Assembly (NCBI GenBank): GCA_963769025.1
Contig: CAVYKI010000009.1
Location: 1,184,001-1,248,000, forward strand
DNA length: 64,000 nucleotides
Source of the DNA: an uncultured Verrucomicrobiae bacterium
GTDB lineage: Bacteria > Verrucomicrobiota > Verrucomicrobiia > Chthoniobacterales > Chthoniobacteraceae
Reading direction: 5' to 3'
Shown here: positions 25,814 through 36,450 of the stretch, piece after piece
Layout of the letters: each line of letters begins with the position of its first letter
Position numbering within the stretch: position 1 is the first letter of the stretch
Program-made: the position numbers and the translations under genes
Notes under the pieces: generated by a model
Databases searched by the model: none
What the model was told of the DNA's origin: nothing
Seen by the model: the letters and a program-made list of their open reading frames with translations, nothing else

Positions 25814-26182
25814 ATGGCCCGGAAACCCGATCGCAACTCCAAAGGTGAGTCTCCGATTCACTCCAAACAGCAGCAGCTCGCGCAGCAGGAAGAGCACTTG
25901 AAGGCGCGCCTGAACCAGACGCGCGATTTCCTGAAGAAGGTCCCCGCGCTCAAGGACGAGGTGCAGAAGAAGCAGCAGCGCGAAATCATCGACCGGTTCA
26001 ACCACCCGGCAAGACTGGAAGGCCCGACGGATTTCCGCCTCAACTTCGACCACGGCCGCAATGCAAAGCCACCGCCGAAACTCCGCAAGGAACGCAGCAA
26101 GGCCCCGCTCTTCACGCTTCTCCTTCTCGTCATCTTCGTCGTGGTGGCCTACTTCGCCTGGAAGGCGCTCTGGCAGGGCTGA
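25814..26182 (+). CDS. Hypothetical protein with C-terminal TM helix
   Basis: ATG 2 nt after the upstream stop; MARKPDRN...LLLLVIFVVVAYFAWKALWQG. Confidence 0.75.
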   Translation: MARKPDRNSKGESPIHSKQQQLAQQEEHLKARLNQTRDFLKKVPALKDEVQKKQQREIIDRFNHPARLEGPTDFRLNFDHGRNAKPPPKLRKERSKAPLFTLLLLVIFVVVAYFAWKALWQG

Positions 26183-26247
26183 GCAGACGGCACGTCGCAG
26201 GAAAGCAGCATTGCGGCGAAGTGCCGCGTCACCGCATAAAGGCGTGC

Positions 26248-27436
26248 ATGTATTACCGCCGCTTCGGTCGCACGAATTTGCAAATGCCGGTCTTCTCCTG
26301 CGGGGGGATGCGATACCAGCAGAGCTGGGATGATGTGAAGCCGGAGGCGGTCGAGGAGGCGGGGCAGCGGAATCTGGAGGCGACGATCCTGCGTTCGCTG
26401 GAACTGGGCATCAACCACATCGAGACGGCGCGCGGCTATGGCAGCAGCGAGATGCAGCTCGGCTGGATCCTGCCGCGACTGCCGAGGGAAAAGATGATCG
26501 TGCAGACGAAGATCGCGCCGTTCGCCACGGCGCGGGAGTTTCGCGAGACGTTCGACAAATCGATGGCGTACCTGAAGCTCGACCACGTGGACCTTCTCTC
26601 GCTCCACGGGATCAACAACGCGGAGCTTCTCGACTGGTCGCTGCGCAAGGGCGGCTGCCTGGACGAGGCGCGCAAGCTCCAGCGCGAGGGTCGCTGCCGG
26701 TTCATCGGCTTCAGCACGCACGCGACGACGGACCTGATCGTGAAGGCCATCGAGAGCGACGGGTTCGATTACATCAATGTCCACTGGTACTTTGTGAACG
26801 AGATGAACTGGGCCGCGGTGCAGGCGGCGACGGCGCGCGACATGGGCGTGTTCATCATCAGCCCCACGGACAAGGGCGGGAAGCTCTACACGCCGCCGCA
26901 GAAGCTCACGGAGCTCTGCGCGCCGCTGTCGCCGATCCAGTTCAACGACCTGTGGTGCCTCGCGCGCCCGGAGGTCCACACGCTGAGCGTCGGCGCGGCA
27001 AAGCCGTCCGATTTCGACGAGCACATCGCCGTCGCTCGCGCATTACGACGAGGCGCGGGAGATCACGGCACCCATCGAGGCGCGCCTGCGCGAAGCGATG
27101 CAGGGTGAACTCGGCGCGGAATGGTGCGCGCGGTGGGGCGAGGGGCTGCCGAATTACACGGACGTGCCCGGCGAGGTGAACGTGCAGGAGATCCTCCGGC
27201 TCTACACTTACGCCCGCGGGCTCGACCTCACGGATTGGGGCAAGATGCGATACAACCTGATGGGCAACGCCGGGCACTGGTTCCCCGGCGCCAACGCGGC
27301 GGCCTTCGACGCGGCGGCAGTGCGCGCCGCGTGTTCAAGGAGCCCGTTTGCCGACCGCATTCCGCAGGTTCTCACCGAGGCGCACGCGCTCCTTCATGAC
27401 GCACCGAAGAAAAGGCTGAGCGAAGGCGGTGCGTGA
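26248..27436 (+). CDS. Aldo/keto reductase family oxidoreductase (frameshift near 27035)
   Basis: YRRFGRT, GINHIETARGYGSSE, IGFSTH; C-terminal RYNLMGNAGHWFPG. Confidence 0.88.
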
Positions 27437-27473
27437 GGCGGGCCAAGCGGTGCCGAGAAGTGGCCGGCATCCG

Positions 27474-28169
27474 CTACCAGTTCTTCACCCAGTTTGCCCA
27501 CACCACGTCGTCGGTCTCACTGGATTTCCTGGAGGTCTTGCCGCCAGTGGACCAAAGATCGAAGCTCCCCGGGTTGAAGCCTTGAAGCGCATTGCCACTC
27601 GGGCGGACGATCGAACTCCTGTTATTGGGGTTTAGCAGCAGCTGCTTCTGGTAGTCCTGCTCATTCTTCGCGGCCGCTGTCGAGTAGGCGTAGGGAAATC
27701 CAAACGGGTCCTGGAGGTAATTGACTCCGGTGATCGCCTTGGTCGTGGAGTTCTTGGTCGCGTTCAGGATGCGCGGTTCGAACTCCTTCATGTAGCGCGG
27801 CTCCCCGTCGTCAGGAATGCCGTCCGGCTTGGTGCCGTTGCCCTTTTTGTCACCGGTGAGCTCCTTGTAGAGGAAGAGCGAGGAGTCCGAGTATTTCGTG
27901 GTCGTCGGTATGAAATCGGTCTTGGGCGAAATCACGTCCGTCACACTGGTGCCGTTGGTGGGAACGTCCCGCGGGTAGTTGCCGTTGTCGGACTTGTAGC
28001 TCTCGCACGCGGAGCTGAGCATCGCGATTTCCCCTGCCGCCCGCGAAAGCGCGCTCTTCTTTTGCACGTAGCCGCCGACCGACAGCACCAGGCCGGCGAG
28101 GACGACGATGATCGCGAGCACCGTCAGCATTTCGAGCAGCGTGAACGCGGATGTGGGGGTCTTTCTCAT
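27474..28169 (-). CDS. Prepilin-type N-terminal cleavage/methylation protein (GspG-like pilin)
   Basis: AFTLLEMLTVLAIIVVLAGL, DPFGFPYAY, FDLWSTG and terminal NW. Confidence 0.9.
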   Translation of the reverse strand: MRKTPTSAFTLLEMLTVLAIIVVLAGLVLSVGGYVQKKSALSRAAGEIAMLSSACESYKSDNGNYPRDVPTNGTSVTDVISPKTDFIPTTTKYSDSSLFLYKELTGDKKGNGTKPDGIPDDGEPRYMKEFEPRILNATKNSTTKAITGVNYLQDPFGFPYAYSTAAAKNEQDYQKQLLLNPNNRSSIVRPSGNALQGFNPGSFDLWSTGGKTSRKSSETDDVVWANWVKNW

Positions 28170-28211
28170 GGTCGGAAAATATCCGCTTCCCCCGGCGGGG
28201 CCATCGGATTC

Positions 28212-29520
28212 TCAGTTCGTGTTGCGTCTGCATCTTCTCGATGATTTTGATCAGCGGGAGGAAGAGCGCGATGACGATGGTGCCGACGATGAACGCGAGG
28301 AACACGATCATGATCGGCTCGAGGAGCGAGGTGAGGCTCTCGACGGCGTTGTCCACTTCGTCGTCATAGACCTCGGCCACCTTCAGCAGCATCTCGGGGA
28401 GCTGGCCGGTCTCCTCGCCGACGTCCACCATGCTGATCACCATCGGCGGGAAAACGCCGCTCGCCTCGAGGGGCGACACGATGCTTTCGCCTTCCTTCAC
28501 GGCGTCGTGGACCTTGGTGATCGCGTCCGCGAGGACGACGTTGCCCGCGGTTTCCTTCGTGATGTTGAGCGCCTGGAGAATCGGCACGCCGCTGGTCACG
28601 AGCGTGCCCAGGGTGCGGGTGAAGCGCGCGATCGCGCCCTTGCGCGAAATGTCGCCAAAGATGGGCAGGCGCAGCTTCATCCTGTCGAGGAACTCGCGCC
28701 CCTTCTCCGTGTTGTTCAGCGACCACCAGCCGCCGCCGATCGCCCCGATCGCGATCAGCGTGAACCAGAGGTTTGGCGGAACGAACATGCCCTTCACAAA
28801 ATCGCTGGTGGCCATGACCCACAGGGTCAGCGCCGGCAGCTTCTCGCTCTCGCCGAGCATGTCCTTGAAGATCTGCGCAAACTTCGGAACGATCGTCGTG
28901 AGGAGGAACACGAGGATGAGGAGCGCGATCACCAGCACCACGACCGGGTAGGTCATCGCCGACTTGATCTTGTTCTTCAGCTTCTGCGCCTTTTCCTGGA
29001 ATTCCGCCAGACGGGTCAGCACGAGCTCAAGCACGCCGCCGATTTCGCCCGCCTTCACCATGCTCACGTAGAGCCGCTGAAAAATCCGCGGATGCTGCCC
29101 CATGGCCTCGGAGAAAGTGCTGCCTCCCTGCACGGACTCCGCGATTGCGACGATCGATTCGCGCAGGACGGGATCCTTTTCCTGCTTGGCGAGCACGTTC
29201 AGGCCCTTGAGCAGCGGCAAGCCCGCATCGATGAGCGTCGCCAGCTGGCGCGTGAAGATCATCAGCGTCTTGGTCGGGATGGTCTTCCGCTTGAAAAGTG
29301 TGAAGCCCTTTTTCTCCGACGACCTTGCCACCACTGCGGTCTTTGCGGCGGCCTTGCCGGCTTTCGCGGGCTTCTTCGCCTGTCCCTCGGGCGCTACGCT
29401 CGTGGGGAAAAATCCCTGCTGCCTCAATTGCGCGACCACATCGTTTTGCGAGGAGGCTTCGACGACTCCCTGGGACTCGGCGCCCCGGGCGTCGAGGGCG
29501 GTATATTCAAATCTCGGCAT
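28212..29520 (-). CDS. pilC: Type II secretion F / type IV pilus platform protein (indel near the 3' end removes the stop)
   Basis: FTRQLATLIDAGLPL, MVKAGEIGG, SAMTYP, VGEETGQL, LLEPIMIV; likely true stop TGA at 28212-28214. Confidence 0.9.
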
Positions 29521-29608
29521 ATGATGGGGCTTGGGGGCTCTGTGCGTGGATGTTGGTCGCGACGGGAAATCTTGTCCATCCGAATCCCGGCCGCACCTGA
29601 ATAACCCG

Positions 29609-31296
29609 TTACGTGTACTTGAGCACCTCTTCGATGGTGGTCTCGCCGAGGTAAATCGAACGCAGGCCGTCCTGCCGCAGCGTGTCCATGCCGAGTTCGA
29701 TGGCCTTCTGCTTCATCACCACGGACGGGGCGCGCTCGTTGATGAGCTGGCGCAGCGGATCGGTGATGTCGAGCAGCTCGTAGATGCCCTTTCGGCCGCG
29801 GTAGCCGGTGTTGTTGCAGACGTCGCAACCGCCGCCGTAGTAAAAGCTCTTGTCGCCGATTTCCTGCGGCGTGAGGCCGAGCTGGGCGAGCACGCTCTCG
29901 CTCGGCTCGTACGGCTTCCGGCACGTCGGGCAAATGCGGCGGATGAGGCGCTGGCCGAGCACCGCCTCGAGCGACGCCGAGATGAGGAACGGCTCCACGC
30001 CCATGTCGATGAGACGGGTCACCGCACCGGGCGCGTCGTTCGTGTGCAGCGTGGTGAAGACGAGATGCCCGGTGAGCGAGGCCTGGATCGCGATCTGCGC
30101 CGTCTCCACGTCGCGCGTTTCACCGACCATGATGCGGTCGGGGTCCTGACGCAGGAACGCGCGCAGCACGCGCGCAAAATTCAGCCCGATGCCCTCGTTG
30201 ATCGGCACCTGGATGATGCCCTCGATTTCGTACTCCACCGGGTCCTCCGCCGTGAGCACCTTCGAGTCCACCGTGTTGATCTTGTTCAGGCACGCATAGA
30301 GCGTCGTCGTCTTGCCCGAGCCGGTCGGTCCGGTGACGATGAAGATGCCGTTCGGCTGCTCGATCGTGTTCAGCAGGTATTTGTAGATGTTGTCCGGCAT
30401 TCCGAGCGACTCGAGCTCCAGCTTCACCGTGCTGCGATCGAGCACGCGGAGCACGACCGATTCGCCAAACTGCGTGGGCAGCGTGCTCACGCGGAGGTCC
30501 ACCTGGCGGCCCGCGATGTGCGTCTGGATGCGCCCGTCCTGCGGGATGCGGCGCTCGGCGATGTTCAGGTTCGACATCACCTTCACGCGCGAAATCACCG
30601 GGTTCGCGAGATGCCGCGGCGGCGGCGACATTTCGTAAAGCGCGCCGTCCACCCGGTAGCGGATCTTGAACTCCGTCTCGAACGGCTCGAAGTGAATGTC
30701 GCTCGCGCGGTCCTGGATGGCCTGCGCCAGCACGAGGTCCACGTAGCGGATGATCGGCGCGGCATTCGCCTCAGTTCTCGATTTCCTTGATGTCGAGATC
30801 CTTGCCTTCGCCGCCAAACTGAATGCCTCCGCCGAGCTCGGCCAGGATCGAGTCGAGGCTCGCGGCATCCGAGCCGTAGTGCTTCTTGATCAGATCTTCG
30901 ATCTGGTAAACGGCCGCGACGACGGGATGGACGTCCTTCCCGATCGCGAACCGCAGATCCTCCACAGTCTGCGCATTCAGCGGATCGACCAGCGCGACCT
31001 GCAGCATGTTGTCCTCATACCCGAGCGGGAATGCGCGGTGAAGCTGCGCCAGCCCGGCAGGCAGCAGCTTCAGCAGCTCGGCCGGCGGCGAAAAATCCTT
31101 CAAGTTCACAAACTCCGAACCGATCGCATTCGCGAGCGTCTGGTAGTAGCCCTCCTCGGTCACCGCCTGGTACTCCACGAGCACGTCGCACAGGGTCTTC
31201 CCCGTCCTGGCGACCTCCTGCAAAATGTCGTCCTGCGACGGCCTGGTCCACGAGTCCCTGTTCGACGAAGATGGCGAGTGTTTGTCTTGCGTTCAT
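29609..31296 (-). CDS. pilB: GspE/PilB family assembly ATPase (frameshifts near 31240 and 30780)
   Basis: [14 protein letters not shown], Walker [30 protein letters not shown]-like FTTLHTND and tetracysteine motif. Confidence 0.9.
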
Positions 31297-31314
31297 TGGT
31301 GCGAAATCAGCGTG

Positions 31315-32499
31315 TCAGCGTCGGGGTTCGCGCCCGGCGAGCAGTTGGGCGACAAGCTCGGGATCCTGGGCTTTTCCGAAGACCTCCTCCCGCGCGATGA
31401 CGCCGCCAAGGTAGAGGTCCACGAGGGATTGCTCGATGGTGTTCATGCCGTACTTCGCGCCGGTCTGGATTTCGGTCGCGAGGCGGAAGGTCTTGTTGTC
31501 GCGGATGAGCGCGGCGACGGAGGGCGTGTTCACCATCACTTCGAAAACGGCGATGCGCCCCGGACGATCGATCCGCGGGACGAGGAGCTGGGAAATCACC
31601 GCCTTCAGGTTCGTCGAGAGCTGCACGCGGATCTGCTCCTGCTGGTGCGCGGGAAATGAATCCACGATGCGATCCACCGTCCGGCCCGCGCCGGTCGTGT
31701 GGAGCGTGGAAAAGACGAGATGCCCCGTCTCCGCGGCGCGGATCGCCGTCTCCATCGTCTCGAGGTCGCGCATTTCGCCGACCAGGATCACGTCCGGATC
31801 CTGCCGCAGCGCGCGGCGGAGCCCGTCGGCAAACGATGACACGTCCGTGCCGACTTCCCGCTGGTTCACCATGCCCGCCTGATGCTCGTGAATGTATTCG
31901 ATCGGGTCTTCGATCGTCACGATGTGATGCCCGAGGTGCGTGTTGATCTCGTTCAGCATCGCCGCAAGCGTGGTCGTCTTGCCGGATCCGGTGGGGCCGG
32001 TCACCAGCACGAGCCCGCGCGGGAGCCGGATGAGCTCGGCCACGATCGGAGGCAGCCCGATGTCGGTGTAGGAAAGCATCTCGCGCGGCAGCAGGCGCAA
32101 CGCGATCGCGGTGGTGCGCTTCTGCCGGTAGAGGCTGATGCGAAAGCGATTCCTCCCCGAGCTCGTGATCGCAAAATCCACGGTGCCCTCGGTCCGCAGC
32201 TTGTGGATCTGCTCCCCGTTCGCGAGCTCGGTCGCGATGTTGTCCGTGTCCTCGGCAAACAGTGCGCGCGTCTCCAGCCGGACCAGCCGGCCGTGAATGC
32301 GCAGCACCGGCGGCGTCCCGACGGACAGGTGCAAATCCGAAGCTCCCGATTCCACGGTGAGGCGCATGATGTCCTCGATCGGCGCAAACGCTCCGCGTCC
32401 TCCCGCAGACAGGACCGGAGCCGGCGGCTCCGGAGCGGCGGCGGCCTCGGCGGCAGGTTCCTCCCCCGCCACAGTCTTGCCAAATCGGAAGATGCCCAT
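31315..32499 (-). CDS. pilT: Type IV pilus retraction ATPase
   Basis: [60 protein letters not shown]. Confidence 0.93.
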   Translation of the reverse strand: MGIFRFGKTVAGEEPAAEAAAAPEPPAPVLSAGGRGAFAPIEDIMRLTVESGASDLHLSVGTPPVLRIHGRLVRLETRALFAEDTDNIATELANGEQIHKLRTEGTVDFAITSSGRNRFRISLYRQKRTTAIALRLLPREMLSYTDIGLPPIVAELIRLPRGLVLVTGPTGSGKTTTLAAMLNEINTHLGHHIVTIEDPIEYIHEHQAGMVNQREVGTDVSSFADGLRRALRQDPDVILVGEMRDLETMETAIRAAETGHLVFSTLHTTGAGRTVDRIVDSFPAHQQEQIRVQLSTNLKAVISQLLVPRIDRPGRIAVFEVMVNTPSVAALIRDNKTFRLATEIQTGAKYGMNTIEQSLVDLYLGGVIAREEVFGKAQDPELVAQLLAGREPRR

Positions 32500-32508
32500 G
32501 GTCGCTCC

Positions 32509-34211
32509 TTACTCGTCGTCCGACATTGTCGCGCTGATGACTTCCTCCGCCGTCGTCATGCCCGGAGAGCACTTTGCGGATGCCGTCCTCGCGCAGCGTG
32601 CGCATGCCCATTTCGCGTGCCCGCTTGCGCAGGTCCACGGTCGTCGCCCGCGTGTTCACCATGTGGCGCACCGTGTCGTCCACCTCGAAAATCTCGAAGA
32701 TGCCCATCCGGCCCTTTGCACCGAGCCCCTTGCACTTTTCGCAACCCGTCCCATGCGCGACGCTCGCCTCGCTGAGCTGCGATGCGTCGATGCCCGAGCG
32801 CGCTGATCTCCACCGCAGTCAGCTCCGTGGGCTGCTTGCAGTTCGGGCAAATCTTGCGGACCAGCCGCTGCGCAATCATCGCTCGCACCGCGGAGGACAC
32901 GAGGAACGGCTGCACGCCGATATCCACAAGACGCGCGATGGCGCTCGGCGCGTCGTTCGTGTGCAGCGTGGAAAAGACGAGATGGCCGGTGAGCGCGGCG
33001 TTGATCGCGATGTTCGCGGTTTCCGGATCGCGAATTTCACCGATCATGATGATGTTCGGCGCCTGGCGCAGCATCGCGCGGAGCGCTGCCGGGAAGGTCA
33101 TCCCGACCTCCGCATTCACCTGCACCTGGTTGATGCCGCTCATCTGATACTCCACGGGATCCTCGACCGTGATGAGCTTCTTGTCCGGCTTGTTGATGTA
33201 GTTGAGGCACGCGTACAGCGTCGTCGTCTTTCCGGAACCGGTCGGGCCGGTGACGAGCAGGATCCCATCCGGCAGGCGCAGCAGCCGTTCAAAGACCTCC
33301 TGGTCGTCGCTCAAAAATCCGAGCTGCGGCAGACCGAGCGAAAGCGACGTCTTGTCGAGAATACGCATGACCACCGACTCGCCGTGCGCGGTCGGGATCG
33401 TCGAAACGCGCAGGTCCAGGCTTTTCTTGCCCATCTTTACCTGGATGCGTCCGTCCTGCGGCAGGCGCTTCTCGGCGATGGACATCGTGCCCGTCATGAT
33501 CTTCAGGCGCGACACGATCGCCGCCTGCAGCTTTTTCGGCGGGTTCTGCATCTCGTGCAGCACGCCATCGATCCGGAAGCGGACCCGCAGCCGCTTTTCC
33601 AGCGGCTCCACGTGGATGTCCGAAGTCCGCGAGTTGTACGCCTCCACCAGCATCATCGTCACGAGCTTGATGATCGGCGCATCGCCCACCTCCCCTTGCG
33701 CGCCTTCCACGTCCACCTCCTGCCCGCCGATCTGGATTCCTCCCGCAAGGTTTTCCATCGTCGCCACCGCATCCTCGGCGGTGCCGTAGTATTTCATCAG
33801 CGCCGCCTTCATCGAATCCGGCGTCGTGCAAAGGAACTCCACCTCGCGCTGGAGCACCGCCTGGATCGCATCGAGCGTGTCGAAATTCAGCGGGTCATCC
33901 ACCGCGACCACCACACCGCCGAGTTCGGTCGTCGCCACCGGCACCACGCGGTAACGCCGTGCGGTATCGGCGGGGATCAACTCGAGCACGTCCTGCGAAA
34001 CGGTGATTCCGTCGAGAACCACGAAATCCATCGCCGCGTTCGAAGCCACCGCCCGCGCCACATCCTCCTGCGTGATCAAATTCCGGTCGATCATCGCCTG
34101 GATCACCGTCTTTCCCGGCTTCAGCCCCTGGCGGACCTCCTCCACCTGGCTCGTGGTGACCAGCGCGTTCTCGATGAGGATTTCCAGGATGTAATCGTCG
34201 TTTGCAGCCAC
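32509..34211 (-). CDS. pilB: Second GspE/PilB family ATPase (3' frameshifts)
   Basis: [34 protein letters not shown]-terminus MRTLREDG...SDDE ends at TAA 32509-32511; GTG start inferred. Confidence 0.88.
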
Positions 34212-34396
34212 GGTCAGGGATGGTTCTCGGGAAAGATGTTCGGGGTCGGGCTGTTTCGCTCGGTGCCCGGGGACGATTTCAAACATTCCTCGTTTCTTAT
34301 CAACCACGGATTTGAGGAATTGTCTGTTTTGACCGTTGCGCAACGCGCCAGTCCGCCCTTGCCGCAACCTCGCAGCGCGGCTATGGACGCGCCCTC

Positions 34397-34921
34397 ATGA
34401 AATCACTCCTCGCCCTCGTTTGCGCCATTTTCGTCACCACAGTCCACGCCGGAGACTCCGGAAAATTCACCGTCGGCGCATATAACTTCTCCCGCCCCGC
34501 CGATTGGAAATCCATCGAGCCCACCTCGCCCATGCGCAAGGCCCAGCTCCAGGTCCCCGGCAAGGACGGCGGCAAGCCGGCCGACATCACGTTCTTCTTT
34601 TTCGGCGAAGGAAACGGCGGCGGCGTCCAGCCGAATGTGCAGCGCTGGCTCGGCCAGATCGCCGGCAAGCCCGACGCGAACAAGGTCGATACCCAGGAGT
34701 TCAACGGCGTGAAAGTCACCGTCGTCTCCGCCGAAGGCACGCTCAAGGCCGCCCCGATGGCAGGAATCGCCGAGGAACTCACCGATGCCGCCCTCCTCGG
34801 CGCCATCATCGAGCACGGGGAAGGCGCGGTCTTCGTCAAGATGACCGGCCCCGCCCCGCTGGTGAAAGAGAACCGCGAAAAGTTCCTCGGCCTCATCAAA
34901 TCCGCGACGGAGAAAAAGTAA
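34397..34921 (+). CDS. Hypothetical secreted protein
   Basis: Signal peptide; SPMRKAQ, GGGVQPNVQRWLGQ and FVKMTGP motifs. Confidence 0.8.
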   Translation: MKSLLALVCAIFVTTVHAGDSGKFTVGAYNFSRPADWKSIEPTSPMRKAQLQVPGKDGGKPADITFFFFGEGNGGGVQPNVQRWLGQIAGKPDANKVDTQEFNGVKVTVVSAEGTLKAAPMAGIAEELTDAALLGAIIEHGEGAVFVKMTGPAPLVKENREKFLGLIKSATEKK

Positions 34922-34923
34922 CC

Positions 34924-35298
34924 ATGGCCGATCTGCCGACGAGTTACTACGTCCACTCGCTGATCGAGATTCTCCACTACATCAGCGACGACCTGCTGCA
35001 GTGCGACTCCGGCACCACCGTCGCCGAACTCTTCAGCGACGACTTCGACGACCTCGACTTCGAGCTCGCGCTCACGTGCTTTGAAGGGACCCACCGGCTC
35101 GCCTTCAAGGAGCACGTCTGGAAGGACGAACTCGCGAGCTTCGAGGAAAAGACCATCGAGGAATTCGTCGAGGAATACCTCGATCCCCGTGAGCAAAAGG
35201 ATCCCCTGTTCGTCACCAAGCGCTTCCTCTTCTACGAGAAGTCCCTCGCCGAAGCCCTCCGCGAGGAATACGAGTCCCCGCCCCCAGGCGATTACTAA
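34924..35298 (+). CDS. Hypothetical acidic protein (ACP-like pattern)
   Basis: ATG 2 nt after the upstream stop; host codon usage; very D/E-rich. Confidence 0.75.
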   Translation: MADLPTSYYVHSLIEILHYISDDLLQCDSGTTVAELFSDDFDDLDFELALTCFEGTHRLAFKEHVWKDELASFEEKTIEEFVEEYLDPREQKDPLFVTKRFLFYEKSLAEALREEYESPPPGDY

Positions 35299-35557
35299 TC
35301 CCGCACCCGCGGGCCGCGGCGCCCGCGGAGTGAACGCCAGCGCACCGTCTGCAAGCGGACTCCACCGGCCCTTTCGCAAAGCGCGCCAACGGATCTCCCG
35401 CGAACGGACACCAGCGGCGTTCCATCAACCAGCCCAGGGTCGCGAGGAACGAGCTCCCCTGGGTTCCGTCATCAAAACGAATCCCACCGGGCTTCCACTC
35501 GCATTCCGCCGAAAGACTTGCCCCGCGTTTCGCGTTCCGCCATTTCCGTGGGCTACG

Positions 35558-36034
35558 ATGAAAACCACCTTCTTTTTCCTGCTCGGCGCCTCGATCCTCC
35601 CCCATACCCTCCCGGCCGCTTCCAACGCCGCGATGGAAAAGGAGTATCAGCAGGTCCGCACCATCGCGCTCCGCGACCCGCGCGTGCAGTCCGCCTATCG
35701 CGATGCCGACCGCAGGCTGGATGAAAAGATGATCCGCATCGACCCCGCCTTGGAATCCTACGTGAAAGCCAAGCAAGCCGCCCGCGAAGGCACTGCCGCT
35801 CCGAAGCCCGCGGCACCTTTCACCCGCTCCATCTTCGGCAGGAGCACCGCGCCCAAGACCACCCACGCGGTCGCCGCGGGCGAAACGCTCGGCTCCATCG
35901 CCGCGAAGCACCGCATCACGGTCGCGTCGCTCAGAATGGCAAACCACATCAAGGACGAGCGCAAAATTCCCGTCGGCCAGGTGCTCACAATCCCCGCCCC
36001 CGCATCCGCCGGTCGCACGCGCTCGACGCGTTGA
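35558..36034 (+). CDS. Secreted LysM domain protein
   Basis: Signal peptide; C-terminal HAVAAGETLGSIAAKHRITVASLRMANHI...IPVGQVLTIP. Confidence 0.85.
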   Translation: MKTTFFFLLGASILPHTLPAASNAAMEKEYQQVRTIALRDPRVQSAYRDADRRLDEKMIRIDPALESYVKAKQAAREGTAAPKPAAPFTRSIFGRSTAPKTTHAVAAGETLGSIAAKHRITVASLRMANHIKDERKIPVGQVLTIPAPASAGRTRSTR

Positions 36035-36158
36035 GGCTGCGATTTCGCAGCCGCGCACATCCAGCCCCGCCTTGTCTGCGCCTCCATCCTGCGACGCAGC
36101 CTAATGCAGCATTGCAACTGAGGCGAAAGACCTGCCCGGGATGAGGGAGGCGGCGCTT

Positions 36159-36329
36159 CTACTGCGCCTGCTGCACCTCCGGGCCGGTGTCCTCGGAAAT
36201 CAGCCAGAGGATGTTGGGCTTCGCCGGCCTGTCCGCCGCCGCGGCCTCACGCAAAGGAGCGGAGATGCTGGGGACTGAGAGCAGCAGGGCCGCGGCGGAG
36301 CGGACGGTTCTGAGGGAGCTGTGGTTCAT
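36159..36329 (-). pseudogene. Truncated sulfatase N-terminus (56 aa)
   Basis: MNHSSLRTVRSAAALLL...ADRPAKPNILWLISEDTGP, then an early TAG; no continuation seen. Confidence 0.6.
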
Positions 36330-36450
36330 GAGGGATGAAGCATCGGAGGGTTATCTGCGCGAGGGGAGAAAGTGGCCGCGTTCGGCGATGTCGTGGAGCA
36401 ACAGTGCGGCACAAATCAGGCTTTCACCGCCTCAGCGCCGTCGTCGGCAC

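Noticed and set aside
27850..29520. PilC with a long C-terminal extension overlapping the pilin gene
   Set aside because: An indel near 28225 bypasses the stop; the extension is an off-frame reading of the pilin gene.
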